Shown one piece after another: positions 1 to 13,490 of a stretch of DNA of 64,000 nt. The translations under genes were made by a program, and so were the position numbers. The stretch comes from Epiperipatus broadwayi (Eukaryota > Animalia > Onychophora): assembly GCA_028023455.1 (NCBI GenBank), contig JAQFVV010000008.1, positions 7,316,001 through 7,380,000 of the forward strand. Reading direction: 5' to 3'. Position 1 is the first letter of the stretch; every line of letters begins with the position of its first letter. A model generated the notes under the pieces. That model was not told the origin of the DNA and did not search any database. It saw only the letters and a program-made list of their open reading frames with translations.

Positions 1-3000
1 AGATCTCCAATATATGTACTTTGTCCTGAAGAACTATTTATAAACTTCCTCTTTACCACACAAAATATGTATATTAAAAATCATTTATCTTTTTCACATA
101 TATGTGATCATATGTATTGGTTGTATAAGATGGAGTGGATAGCTATAGGGAGCTTGATAATCTGAATTAAAATCCCTTCTAATTGCAACAATTGTCTTGG
201 ATTTTTACTCTTCAGGATTGAGATAAATAACTTTCCAATATTAATATAATTTTTCAGTGTTATGCAAGGATCATTGAACAATGTCCTTATAAATCATCAC
301 TTTGGTTAGGGGCAGAACTACATTAACTGTCCATGTTTAGTGATACTTCAATAAATTTACTGTTCTGATCAATGGCCAAGGCTATGTTAACTGTATTATG
401 ATTCTGATTACATGCTAAGCTTCTTAATGTATTTTGCATATATTTTTATATTATTTTTTTATTACAAACCTTCAACCACTGAGAATATTCACTAAATGAA
501 AAGAATCAAGATTACAAACTCATGTCATTAAGAATAAATGTAAAATTTATTTGTGAATGACAATATCATACACATACAAAATTATCAGCTTTTAAAATAT
601 TATTCTAACATTATTTCTGCTAATAAATACTTTTGGATATAGAAACAGTAATCTAATAAGAACACTAATAATTAATCAATGCATTAAGTCATATAAATTA
701 AACTCATTAAACATGATAGTAATGACAATCAATAATAATCATTGCATTTGAATGCACAAACAAAAAATTAAATATAAGCATAATAACTAATAAAAATACA
801 TATTAACAGTGTTTTATTTAAAATTTATCTGCAAACACTCTCACACTTTTAAATACTTTGTTTTATTTAAATTGACATATTACCTGTATTAAATTTTTTA
901 TGTAGTTTGCATAATTCAAAATATTATTAATACCTCATTTTCTGATACTTGGAAATACTTAGATATAAACCATATATATATATACACACTGTATTTTACA
1001 TTCAAATAAATACTTTATCAATTCAACATTTAAATAGTCTTATTTATTATTCATAAACAAAATTTGGATTAGCTATCTTGAAGTAATTATCTTTTTTTTT
1101 TTTTCCCAAAGGTGTCAATTATCACTCCAATATCTATAATTATTACTAATTTTTAAGAACTTAAGTAAATCTCATTTCTCTTGCTATCTTAATAAGTTAA
1201 CTTCTAAATTATTTTTTTCAAATTTTCTCTGTATTACTTTATTTTTAACATTAATAAACAAAAAATATATATATAAGCAAAAATCTTTCTAACTTATCTA
1301 TTGCAAATTTTATAAATCAATATTTATTTATACAAAGTGAAATTACATATAATGGAATTAAAATTATAAACAGATTTTAAAAGGTTAACAATATATGATA
1401 ATGAATGCTTTCATTAGATTTCAATTAATTTAATTGCAATCTAAAGTTTCTTTTATTTCCTGCTACAAGTACTTTTACTCTGTCTAATAAAAAGTTTGTA
1501 GAAATTATTCAGGCATGCACTTATCTAGTTCATGAAGTGGAAATTTAATAATAACTAAAAATGGTGGCATTATACATTGTTTTAACTGGATCTGTGGCTA
1601 AGATTCCTTAGTTTAAAACAGAAAAGTAATTTTCCAATTGTTTTTATTCAATAAACCAGCAAAATTGTTAGCTGGAAATTTGACATCAATAAAAAAAATT
1701 ATATATGAGTAAACTGAAAATTTGACATTATTAAAAAGATGTTATAGACATATATCTTGGCAATGTGGTTAAAATAAATTAGTTTACTTTTAGATAGTTA
1801 TGGATTTATTTGTTCTCAGCATTAGATTTCTCTGCATACATTCTTTGAGACTTAAAACTTGTATAGTAGCAAGATAATCTGATTATTTTTATCTCTTCTT
1901 TAATATATGCATATTGGAATGGCTAATTGGCACAAAAACAATCTACTGACTTACAAGATGAATCTAGTCATTTAATAATTTTTTAAGCCTTATGTATTTT
2001 TGAACCACTTCTTAGCTATGCTGCATCTATATTACGTGTATTTATATTGTTTCAGATAATAGACGTTGTCTTTAGCGCAGAAAAGACGTATCACATGATC
2101 TCAAAGATTTTTTTTTTTCTGTTACCAGGTTTTTTTTAAAACAACAAATTCTTGATTTAACAATTACATTCTAATAGTAAATTATTTAAAAATAATTTTA
2201 CATAAAAATAATTTTACATAAGATATTAATTTAATCCTTCAGTATTGATTAATTTTTAATATATCTTTTTTACATTTACTCCATATATATATAGGTATAT
2301 GTGTATTAAATATATTTAAAGAATGGCGTCTATCTTAAAAATTGTTTACTTGGCTTAAATATTAATGTATTTATGGTTTTAATCATTGGGTTTAAATGCA
2401 AGGTTATTTGTTGTTTTTAAGTCTGCTGCTTTAAAATCTACAACATGTAATTATAATTGTTTTACTCCAGTTAAATCACTACGTCATTTATTATGTATTT
2501 GTTTGTTGTTTTTTTTTTTTTAATCTATAGATACTTCATCTTAAATAACGGAACCATTCATGCCATTACAATGACGAAACCATCTCAATATACTGATAAT
2601 TTGTTTTTCAGCTTTCTATATTTTTTCACTTGCTCCATATCATACTTTTATTTATATTTCAGTGCTACTAATACTTTATTTAAAATAATGCACGTTTGTT
2701 ACTGCTATTATTAAAACATTCACTGAAATGTACTATTTTTATATTTATTATTTTCTACATGTAGACCTATTTATGTGTAAATCATTTTCTGACTATTTTT
2801 TTTATGCATATATATAATCTAAATTTTAAAATGCAATAAAGCAATGAGAATATCAAACGGACATTATTATTCTTATAAAATATTAATATATATTATACAA
2901 TACAAAATTTTATATAAAAATATATGTGATTATCTTATTCATTAATAAATTGCTACTTTTAGTTTTCTTGATGCATATCTTTATGTATAAATTATATTAA

Positions 3001-3044
3001 TTAATGTTTTCAATATATTTAAATTAACATATGTAATTTCAAAC

Positions 3045-3167
3045 CTATCACTACTTTTTTTTTCATATGTCAAAGCATCGGCCCGGGAAGCGAACCCGGG
3101 ACAACTGCTTGCAAGGCAGCTGTGCTGACCACTCGGCCACCAACGCTTGACACTACCACTACTTTTT
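3045..3167 (-). mobile_element. tRNA-Gly(TCC)-derived SINE copy 1 (anticodon reads TGC)
   Basis: 72-nt cloverleaf-like head at 3075-3146 (GCGTTGGTGGCCGAGTGGTCAGCACAGCTGCCTTGCAAGCAGTTGTCCCGGGTTCGCTTCCCGGGCCGATGC), then TTTGACATATG and an A tail. 15-bp TSD cta(t/c)cactacttttt at 3045-3059 and 3153-3167. Confidence 0.85.
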
Positions 3168-4080
3168 CCCCACTCTTTTGCATACAACTTTGAAATGTTT
3201 TAATTGTGGATTAATTTGCTACCAATACAAATTTGAATGATTATGTTTTACTCTGTTTTGTTCTGTGATTGGGTGTATTTTAGAGTTTTCTTTATAGTGT
3301 TTGTGCATTTTCTAATTTGTAAAGCATATAATATGAATATATTGTATAAATGAGCTTCCTATTGTTCTTAAGTGTTGGGCTTTATTATCTCTCCTGCAGA
3401 ACCAGCAGACAGTCCACTCTTAGTATATATCTTGTCTATTCAATATGATGAATTTTATGAGCCATCCTCAAAACTTACTTAGTAGATATATATTAGTCAG
3501 TTTTAGCAAGAGTATCTCTATACCTTTTTTATGAATAATAATATAGCTTTTTGTATGTTTCCTATTTGGGATTTTTTTTTTTTTTAATTATTTGAGTTTC
3601 TAATTACAATGTGACTGTGAACGTATGGAGTAGAGTAATTCAAACTTATTTTGTCAAGATGATTTATCTATTGACATGACTTGCAACATTCTCTCAAAAT
3701 CTGGATAGTTTAGAAGATAGAAATAAGAAATTGTGTTTCACGGATCTTGAATATTTGTATCTAGTGATATTGGAGTTTTTATAGGCTTGCATTGCTCGAA
3801 AATTTCTGATCTGAAAACATGTGAGAAGTGAGTGATAAGGAGAAAAATATAAATTTTATCAGTACAGTGAGTTCTGTTTATATTTTTTTCTATTCTCACT
3901 TTTTTTTTTTTTTTTCAGACACAAAAAAATATACTTTTGGGATTTTATATGAATAATAGAGCAATAATGAAACAAAATCGTAATAATCAAGATTATTTTT
4001 AAAACAAAAAATTAAACTTGCATAGCAATTGCATAAATATTAGAAATAATAATAAAAGATATAATAATGGAAATTAACAT

Positions 4081-4767
4081 ATATAGTGTAAAAGATTTGA
4101 AATACAGGCATTCTTATACCTGGAACTTAATTGTAAATATAGGGGATTTGAGCTCAGACTTTCAAAAAACCTTCAATTATCCACACTATCTCATACTACT
4201 GATACACATGACCACACATATGTAGAAAAGATAAATAATTGCCAATATACATAATTTGTGCTGAACCAGCACTCATCAATTGGTCCAGATTATCAACTCA
4301 CACACACATATATAATCAGTGCTCAGTTTATATTAAGATAGCAAATCTTTATACTTTAATGGAAATGCTTCAATTTACTCCAACCTCCAACTTTTCAGCC
4401 ATCCATACCATTGAAAATCTGATGATAAAATGCCCAAATTCCATGCCGATGCCAATATTGTTGTTATGCCCATGTTGACCTCAAGTCCCTCATGTATAGG
4501 ACAATATCCATCTAAATATATAGAAGATGGATAGTAGAATGCAGGCTTAATGTGTAAGATTTGAAATACAAGCATTCTTATACCTGGAATTTAATTATAA
4601 ATATAGGGATTTGAACTCAGACTTTCAAGCAATTTTCAATTACCCACACTATCTCATACTACTGATACACATGACCACACACATGTAGAAAAGATAAATA
4701 ATCACCAATATACATATTTCATGATGAACCAGAACTCATCAGTTGGTCCATATTTACATATAGTGTA
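4081..4767 (-). mobile_element. Family A hammerhead-bearing monomer, about 1.4 tandem copies (retrozyme/PLE-like non-autonomous element)
   Basis: 464-bp period (4092 vs 4556). Two hammerhead motifs on the minus strand (4241-4284 decayed, 4704-4747 core intact). Flanked by atatagtgta at 4081-4090 and 4758-4767. Confidence 0.8.
4704..4747 (-). ncRNA. Type I hammerhead ribozyme motif A2
   Basis: ACCAA-CTGATGA-GTTCT GGTTC ATCAT-GAAA-TATGTA-TA/TTGGT. Stem I and core intact, stem II partly mutated. Confidence 0.65.
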
Positions 4768-5510
4768 GCTTAAAGTGTATCCCCTTCCCACTGCACACAT
4801 TCCTTGAATAATATGTATTACTGTTTTATTACGTTTTTTTTTTTTTCAATTTTTTCTAGTAAAACTGCACACTTGTATGTATGAATATGCTTACTTGCAT
4901 ACAAAAATACATTCATTTAGCATTACTATATATTATAATAATCTAATTATTACATATTGTTGTTAGGCAATCTTGTTCTCACAATTTACAAATCATTATT
5001 ACTTCATTAATATACCCCCCACCAACCACAACGTTTTAGCAACTTTAAACAGATTTAAATATTTTAATAAAATATCTAATATATTGTTTTGTGTATCAGT
5101 AGTTTTAAAAAACTAGCAGAAATTTTAGAAAATATATCAAACAATATTTCTGAATATCTAGATTACTAATTAATTTCTTATTGTTTATGTAGTAAGCTTT
5201 CTTTCAAATGTAGCTTTAGAAATCCAGGTAACAGAATACAATGGTCAAAACATTGGTACAAGTGTATCTTAGTGATGATATTACATGGGAGTTATAAGGA
5301 ATAATTTTGATTTCTTAGACAAGTCTTGAGATTGAAGCCTTTTTTTTGTCTCCAAAAAAGTGATGGTACTTTGAACTCAAGATTCATTAATAATACCTTG
5401 AATGGTGTGTTTTTTTTTTTTAGAAATTGTACTTAACATTTTGTTATTCAAAAATGTCTTTACAAAAAAATTTAATACACTGAAATCTAGAAATTTATTG
5501 TAAAAATCAA

Positions 5511-5600
5511 GCATTGGTGGTCGAGTGGTCAGCACAGCTGCCTTACAAGCAGTTGTCGCGGGTTCGCTTCCCGCCGATGCTATGACACATGAAAAAAAAA
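5511..5600 (+). mobile_element. tRNA-Gly(TCC)-derived SINE copy 2 (anticodon reads TAC)
   Basis: 70-nt head at 5511-5580 homologous to copy 1, followed by TATGACACATG and an A run. One base is missing on the 3' acceptor side. No clear TSD. Confidence 0.8.
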
Positions 5601-8507
5601 CAATATTTTTTATTACTAATTTAAAGTTGATTATTGTTAATAATCATTGCATCTGTAAATTACGAATATTGAATAATATAAAATATAACTATTGTAATAA
5701 ATTATGCTTATATTGCATCAATTTATCTCTATTTGTAATTAAAAATGTAAATTATATGTTAAAGGTTCAAGCATTTTTAATTTTTAATTTGCCCCATTAA
5801 AATGCTTACACACATAGTAGATTATAAACATTTTTATTCAAATGTGGTTCTTATACTTACTTAAGATAATTATGCATTGTACAAATACTAATTTAAAACT
5901 TTATCAGATATTGAATGTTGAAATTCTTAAATTAGTAGTGTAACAATTAATTTAATAATTGTTTTAACAACTCATATTTAATTAATAGTTATATATTTTA
6001 AAATGTGCATTTTTCATTTTAATAATATTTAATAATGTAAAGTAAATAGAATCTTTTATAACATAAAAGTGCTTTATACAAAATATTGTATTAACTACAA
6101 AGATTTTATTTTTTCATTAAACATACAGATATAATGTTAATTGATAGACTTGATATGAAACTTTTTAATATTAATAAATATTTTCATTCTTTTACAAAAA
6201 AAAAGAACTGCAAAATTTCTTGTTAGAATAGGAAAATATCAGTCAGCTCATAATTATTTGGAAGCTTTTTAAAAATTCTTCAATGAAAAGAATAACATGT
6301 AACAAATTATGAATTTATTTAAATTTTGTATAAGCAGGATATTCATATGTCTTTATTCTTTTTAATTTTCAATAAGTTTTACATTGTTACCACTTCAAAA
6401 TTTTGAGATATTAAAATATGATTTTCACACATTAATATAATTCAATTGACTTTTTTTAATGATTTTATTATACATTATTAAGAAATATTTTGCTCAGAGA
6501 CTTAATACATTTTTTAAAATTAAAGGAATTATGTTATATTAGTAATCAATATATCACTTTTTCAAATATATTTTTAAAAATGTGTTAACTAATTTATGAA
6601 ATGTTATAAAAATATAGTTTTCTGAAAAATAAGGATTTTGAAGTTGGCTGCATTCTATAATTATACATGGCAAAAATAGAAGATGATTATTATATTTTCA
6701 AAATATTTCCAAAATAAAAATAAGCATAACCTCTCACCCTATTTAGACATTTCTACTTTGGAAATACAGTACCAATGCAAGAGTCAGAAGTATGAATAAT
6801 TATTGTTGAAGACTTGGAAAAATATTTATCAGGTAATGTATAATAGTAAATTATACAATGTTGCATCTTAGTTTATATATATATATTGTTAAAAGGGGGT
6901 TGCCTTGACAACAGTTTGAAATTGTTGATTGTTAGTGATATTGTCTAAGTGGTGACTGGTTTTTAATGATATATATTTTTTTAGCAGTAGCAAACTCTCC
7001 ATAAATTCGGGGTTAATTAATTTCTAGTTAAATGTAAAAACTCCAATTATACTTGGAAAAAAAAAAATAGTTATTTTTTTTTTTAGCACACAGTAAATAA
7101 AAATATTTATTATCAAATATTTATATATTGTTTTTAACATTTTTTGTATTCACACAATAAATAAAAGTGTTTATTATACATATTATTATTCTTAATTTTT
7201 TAATATTTGAATATTTTTAATAATTATTTTTATTTGAAATAAAGAATAAATCATCACATTCTGTGTAACATTTTAAAGGAAATTCATGGTGCATTAAAAA
7301 TCAGTTTCAATATTATTTTGTTAATGAAAGCATTTTTTTTAAAAAAAAAATTTACAATCAAAAGAAAATAAAATTTCAGCCATTTTAAAAGGAGAAACAT
7401 TTACAATCAATTGAAAATAAGATTTATATTATTTCCATTTTAATTGATCATTATTACTTTTTAGTGTAACCTTTTTATTTAAATAAAAGCTTTTAAAAAG
7501 TATGTCATCCTCTTGTGCATATCACAGAAAACACTGAAATGATATCATGTTTAAATTTTGTCTGTTGAAACATTTGCAGTAAACAAATAAGGTCACCACC
7601 CTGAAAGGTTGCATCGCCATCAATTTCTAACATATAAACAAAATTTGAAGGAAATCCCCTTTGATAGAAGTCAGTTAAAACTCGATTACAAAATTTATTC
7701 TATACAAACATAGTTTCTAAATTAAATAAAAGCAATTAAAAATCTAAATTATTAAGAGCTATGATCCCTGCATTATCAGAAATGCAAAAAAAAGAAAAAA
7801 ATAGACAAATTTTAAAATAGAGAGAGATTTGGATTATATTGATACATTTTTATAATTATATTGAAATACAAGATAAATAATAATTATCTAGATTATTTTT
7901 TGATAGAAAATATATATCTTTGTAACAATACTTGATAAATTATCAAAAATTTGTAGAAAAAAATTTAACCAATTTAAAATAAAGTTTAGTTTAAGTATTG
8001 AATAGATTTGTTTTGCTAGAGACATTGTAATGAATACATATAGATCTTAAGAAGTTAATAAAAAGTTAAACTATGGGTGCAGAAGGGTGATATCTCTCAC
8101 TAACAATTAAGGCTATTAATATAATTGTATTTTTGTTAGCATATCACTTCTTTACAAATCAATTTAAGATATTTACCTGCCTATTAATAAGAATTAAATA
8201 CCCATTTACTATCCAATACTTGGTGGTTAAGTAGATTCTTTCAGGTAGAATTTTTAGCTTATTTTTGACTAAAAAAATTTACAAGTTTCACTTAGACAGC
8301 TTAAACATAGTTCATGATTTGTCTGGCAAACACAGTAATTGGTTCATCACAAAGATTTTCAAAAAGTTTTTAATTATATTTATTTATATTACGTAATATC
8401 AGATCAAAACAAATGGAATGAAAAAATAAAGCAAAAATTTTAAAAAGTAGAAGTGTATTTGATAGATTTAATATTTTTACTTGAAAAAATGTTTCTTTTA
8501 TCTTTAA

Positions 8508-8570
8508 TAATAATAATAATAATGATGATGATGATGATGATGAAAATAATGATATAATTATAGATGATGA
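8508..8570. repeat. Compound (AAT)n/(GAT)n microsatellite
   Basis: taataataataataatgatgatgatgatgatgatga...; explains spurious ORF 8370-8576. Confidence 0.9.
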
Positions 8571-9656
8571 TGCCAATAGTAATAATAAATTTAGATTTAA
8601 AAATGAAATAGTAAAGAGAAATTAAAAGCTAAATGAATGAACAAATTAGATAAATATAAGCAAAAAAAAAAAAAGAAATATTTAATGAACTAGAAAAGTT
8701 CTCAAGTGATGCCAAATATTCTAGGAAATTATCTAATTTGCTGTGGTAGGCTAAAATAAAATATTTTTGTAGATAGAAATTTGCAACAGGCATGTGATGA
8801 CAACAAACCAGATGGCTCTAGTGTAAAGAAATGGCATTATGTTATTGTTTACAAATCAGATATAATCTAAAACTAGCCATGTTATTATTGATATATTCAC
8901 AACAAACATTTATGATGAAGTGTTGAAGAGGTCTTTGCCCTTTAGTAAACTATTAATAGCTGGTGATAATGATATAAAATTTATTCTAAAAAATGATTTA
9001 ATAATTAGTTACTAGTTTTAAAATACTTCAATCAGTACATACATATATGTGTGTGCATGCATGAAGGTGTATGTGAATATAATTTTCAGTTTCTTTTATA
9101 TAGTTTGTTTTTTTAGTAGTGTTTCTAGTAACAGCTACTGAGCTATTCATATTACCCAAATGATGACAGATCAGATCAAGTTAAACTTTTGATGCTATAA
9201 TAACAAAAAACCACATTTATGGGGCAACTTGAAAAGTATATCATATTTTTGTTTGTGAAAATTTTCATTTCAATGTATTAAAATGAAAGGCTGAAACCTT
9301 TTGCATGCACATTTAGAATGCTTATATAACAGCCAATCAGATGTAATAATGACTGTATAGGTAGCTATTAATTTACAACACAAGACAGAGATTTTATAAG
9401 AAAAAGGTGGCTCCACCTTCTTTTTTACTTAAATTTCTATATATATAAGCCGGTCCGAAGCATATAAGACATTAAAGCTTTGTATTGTCTTTATTAATAA
9501 ATGTGAATTATTATTACAGTTAAATTATTTTTGTTAATTCTTAACTTATAATGAGTTTAGATTAAATTAATCTTAAGATTTTAATTTGCAATATTAAAGA
9601 AAATTTAATATCGAATTACAAGATAAAATTTAATCCAAATATATTTTTATTTAAAG

Positions 9657-9785
9657 GAATTGAAGTTTTAGATACTTGTGGAAAGTCAAGTGTAGCTACA
9701 AAAAGGATCTTAGAGTTTTTGCAAACAGTTCAGCCATTTTATGGAACTCAAGAACCTTGTTTGAAACCGCATTCCTTATCATTAG
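9657..9785 (+). CDS. Class C (mGluR-like) GPCR, first recognisable coding exon (Venus-flytrap N-lobe)
   Basis: Acceptor ttatttaaag|GA, donor TTAG|gtaatc. Reads (G)IEVLDTCGKSSVATKRILEFLQTVQPFYGTQEPCLKPHSLSL(G), matching the class C 'LG..I.DTC' region. 129 nt, phase 1 to phase 1. Upstream exon(s) with the signal peptide not identified. Confidence 0.85.
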
Positions 9786-10964
9786 GTAATCATTCGTATT
9801 TTAATATTTAATCAAAGAATGATCTGAAAACTTATCTGTTTATTCATTCATCTATCTATTTTAACTGTGTGTGTTTAAATGATACTAATTTATTTGTAAA
9901 TATGTATATAATTTCTAATGTACTGCAAATGGTCAAATTTCAATCTTAAATTTTTTTAAGATTATTTTAAATTTTATAATTTCTAATGTTATTTATAAAA
10001 AATCATAATTTTTATATTTATTTGCAATAATAATTTATTTATACATACATTTTACATTATTGTAATAATAATACTGTTTATTAAAATAAATGCATTAATT
10101 GCATTCATTCATTTAAATACAGGTCAAAATATATTTACACAAATACAAATGTCATTCTCTCCTACTAAGCCCTAGTTCCACTTTTATGTAGAAGAAAATT
10201 TTTATAACATTTTAGATATTTATATGAATTTTAAACATAATATAAAATATGCTAATAAAACAACAATAAATTACATTTTAATAATATATTTATTATATAA
10301 TAAAAATATTGATTATATAGCATTAGGTACTCATATATTTTTTCTATATACCAATTCCCTCCCCTCCTTTAATATATTTTTTAATTTGTTCTTTTATTTT
10401 TTTATAATGTTGCAGTCTTCTTAATTCAATAGATAAATTATTAAATAATTTAAGGACATGATTTTTTTTACTCTTTTTCCATATTTATTTATTACAATAT
10501 TTTGAAACTATATATGTATCTAATTTCCTTTGATACATTTCAAATTGTTTTATATAAGGTTTATTGAAAGGTCTATCAAAAAAAAAAAAATTCCTATAAT
10601 TATATAAACCATTCTGTAAGGGTTGTAAATATTGTAAATAATTTGTTATTCACATATACAGGTATAAAATTTTATTACATCTCATATATTAAGTTATTTA
10701 ATATACAAAAGTGAGTACTAACTGAATGCCATTAGTGATTCCTCTTGGTCCCTTAGTCTTCCTGAATTAATATGAAATAATAATTATAACTCATTAAAAA
10801 TTGTCTAAAACACAATATGCTAATGAAAATTTAAAATAATTATTAAATGTAAGCAACAAATAATATGAATGTGATAAGTCTTAATATTACTGAATGTGTA
10901 GTTGAAATATGTTCTGTGTATTAAACATTTATAGCAACTTAAAACATTTATGGCCTTTTTTCCT

Positions 10965-11689
10965 TTAACTTTTTTATATCAAAACAGACAAAACTCTCTA
11001 TAAGTATTGCCACTCAGTGCAAGCCAGAGTAATCAATGTATGCCAGAAGGCTTGTGCATAAAATCCCCATCTAGTGCCTACTCATCTAATATCCCCAGAC
11101 TAATTTCTGGCTTGTGGCCTTCATCAGTGGGGAGCCTTGGATCTGAGAGCATTGCACCTAGATCTTAGGATCTAATGCAACCCTCCAGCAGCCATCTTTT
11201 ATCTCTTCTTAACTATAGAACTATGAATCTTAAATTGAAAACACCATAATATTTTTAATCCAAACTCATGAGCTTATATAGTCATATAGGTCTGAACTCA
11301 GTTGAGTACCTATACATTTTGATGACTTTGGTTCTTTAATAACCATAGCCACCACTATCCTATTAGGCAGGATTGGTTTTATGCCAATAAACATCATATG
11401 ACCACTATTTCCTATGTTTGCTCATAACTGTTATCAAAACAGGCAAAACTCTCTATACATATTGCCACTCAGTGCAAGCCAGAGTAATGAATGAATGCCA
11501 GAAGACTTGTGCATAAAATCTCCATCTAGTGTCTACTCATCCAATATCCCCAGACTAGTTTTTGGCATCCATTGATTACTCTGGCTTGCACTGAGTGGCA
11601 TTACATATAAAGAGTTTTGCCTGTTTTGATAACAGTTATGAGCAAGCATAGTAAATGGTGATCATGTGGTGTTTATTAACTTTCTTATA
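10965..11689. mobile_element. Family B hammerhead-bearing element: 1.2 tandem monomers plus inverted segment
   Basis: 455-bp period (10978 vs 11433). Orientation flips at 11560-11566. 14-bp TSD ttaactt(t/c)ttata-type with 1 mismatch at 10965-10978 and 11676-11689. Homologous to 42585-43208 and 52406-54407. Confidence 0.88.
11092..11133 (-). ncRNA. Type I hammerhead ribozyme motif B1
   Basis: TCCCCA-CTGATGA-A GGC CACAA GCC A-GAAA-TTAG-TC/TGGGGA. Perfect 6-bp stem I, GUC cleavage triplet. Confidence 0.75.
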
Positions 11690-12854
11690 GAAAGATGCAT
11701 ATTAGCGTATTTAATACAGTAATCCCCCCCCCATTAATATTTGATATTTTTGCCAATTCTGTAAAATTTAGCAATTACAATTTACCTTTTGTCTTTTTTT
11801 GTGATAATATTTTTATATTTTAAAATTACTTAAGCAAATATATTACTTAATCAATATATAATCATATGTTTTTATTGCTTGATAATTCATAAGAAATTTG
11901 AATGCTGAAAGTACCAAACCTGGAATCAATCTGGGGATTTTACATTTCAGAGTCTAACACTCTCCTATCTCATTAAACCACACATAACTTAAACAGTTAA
12001 GTTAATGATTAAAATAGAATATCTTTTCCACATGTATTTAATATACTAATTATCAGTATTTGCTGTTGTCCACATTGCAGTAGACTTTAAAAGAAATGGA
12101 AACATGTTCTCATTAATTTTAATCTGAAATTTTCACACACTGAATAGAAATAGATACTATTTAGAAGAAGTCTATGATTTTTCAAATGCTCTGTAAAGTT
12201 ACTATTGAAAAGTCATGCTTCAGGAACTTTTAAAATTTTTATCATCCTTATGATACAAATTAACCATTTTTTATTCTAACATGATTTTTTTTCTTTTACT
12301 AAACTAATACATTATAGTCCAAATTAAATATATTATTAATATGTTGTTTATACATGTTGTGGTTTCTATAATACACATGTATATTGAAACATTTTAGTCT
12401 CATTATATGAGTAATGCATTACACACATACATGAATTGTTTTATCAATGAACTTTTCTTAAATAAATAAAAAAATGTATGTTTGAAAGAAAGCTTCATGT
12501 TTATTTTCTCTTATATAAATTACTTACTATTTATGTTTTCTATTTTATAAATTAGGGTTATATATATATATAAAGAAAAACATATTGTTTTTTTTTTTTT
12601 CAAATCAAACTAAAATTAATATTAAAGTATTTATGGCAAACAGAAGTAAATTCCTGTAAAAATATATTATGTAAAAATAATTTCCAAAATATGTTGTGAA
12701 ATAAGGAGTTGAAAAACATCTTCAAAATTGTATAAGATATACTCTGGTGTTTAATTAGTAGAGTTCTCACTCTAACTTTTACTCCAGAATTACAGAAATT
12801 AAAAAATATATAATTGGTAATTAGAGAAGATATTAATTAGTATTAAAGTTTATC

Positions 12855-13085
12855 GGCTTAACGTTTTCGAGGATCCATGCCTCATATTCATAGCCTTCAT
12901 AAAATGTATAATAAAATATGCAAATACAAATATTCAAATAAGCTAGTATTACGTAGCCCATTTCTTCGAGATCTCGAAGCAAGTATCCTTTCTATTAATG
13001 GCATGGATGTTTCCATTGATGTAAAATGCCTCCTTTATTTTTCTTTTGTGATCATTTGATTTTGAGCACAATATTATGGGATTGG
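12855..13085 (-). mobile_element. Penelope-like element 3' remnant (GIY-YIG C-terminus plus decayed hammerhead)
   Basis: Minus strand reads PIILCSKSNDHKRKIKEAFYINGNIHAINRKDTCFEISKKWAT* (stop 12949-12951), matching the PLE 'IL..E.N..KRKIKEA.YI....NR..G..L...W' pattern. About 55 nt later: GGCT-ATGAATA-T GAGG catggat CCTC-GAAA-ACGT-TA/AGCC at 12855-12895. Confidence 0.75.
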
Positions 13086-13337
13086 CGGGTGTGAAGTTGT
13101 GTCCAGATTGTAATTATAGGTAGAAATTGTAGAGTTTAGATGCAAAACAGCAGATAAAATAATAAATGGCTGAAAATACTGCAAAATGAGTAAATAAAAA
13201 GAAGACTACCTTTCCTTCAAAATTCTTAAACCATGCTCTATATCAGAATATGCATATAGTATGCCATTCCCATCAGCTGATACTGTGCAAAAAGATTTAT
13301 GAATACCTATTAGCTGTAAATGAATAACTATAAATTA

Positions 13338-13490
13338 CTGCCCATTTTTTAAATCACTTGTCTTTTCATCTTTTTTCCTAACTTAACAAAGTTCAATAAT
13401 GTTCCATTTAATATTAGACAATTCTTCCTCTGATTCATACAATCTCCCTTCAATTAAAAGTGATCTACAGTTGTAGGTTCCTAAATAAAA
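13338..13490 (-). mobile_element. RTE-like LINE fragment (APE endonuclease N-terminus), pseudogenised
   Basis: FYLGTYNCRSLLIEGRLYESEEELSNIKWNIIELC*VRKKDEKTSDLKNGQ matches RTE 'GTYN.RSL....L.EL..IKWDIIGL.EVR....LKNG'. Confidence 0.75.

Noticed and set aside
1-420. APE-like traces on the minus strand (IYLNP, RRDFN)
   Set aside because: Too degenerate and cut by the window edge.
2041-2130. Possible first coding exon MISKIFFFLLPG after ttgtttcag
   Set aside because: Weak donor (GTTTTT), too short to assign, and no intervening exon encoding the rest of the VFT N-terminus was found.
3075-3146. Functional tRNA-Ala or tRNA-Val genes
   Set aside because: Unpaired D stem, A58>C, acceptor-side indels, shared tail, poly(A) and TSDs indicate SINE copies.
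9331-9460. CCAAT box (agccaatcag) and TATA-like run 200 bp upstream of the first recognised exon
   Set aside because: That exon starts at a phase-1 acceptor and has no in-frame ATG; TATA-like runs are ubiquitous here.
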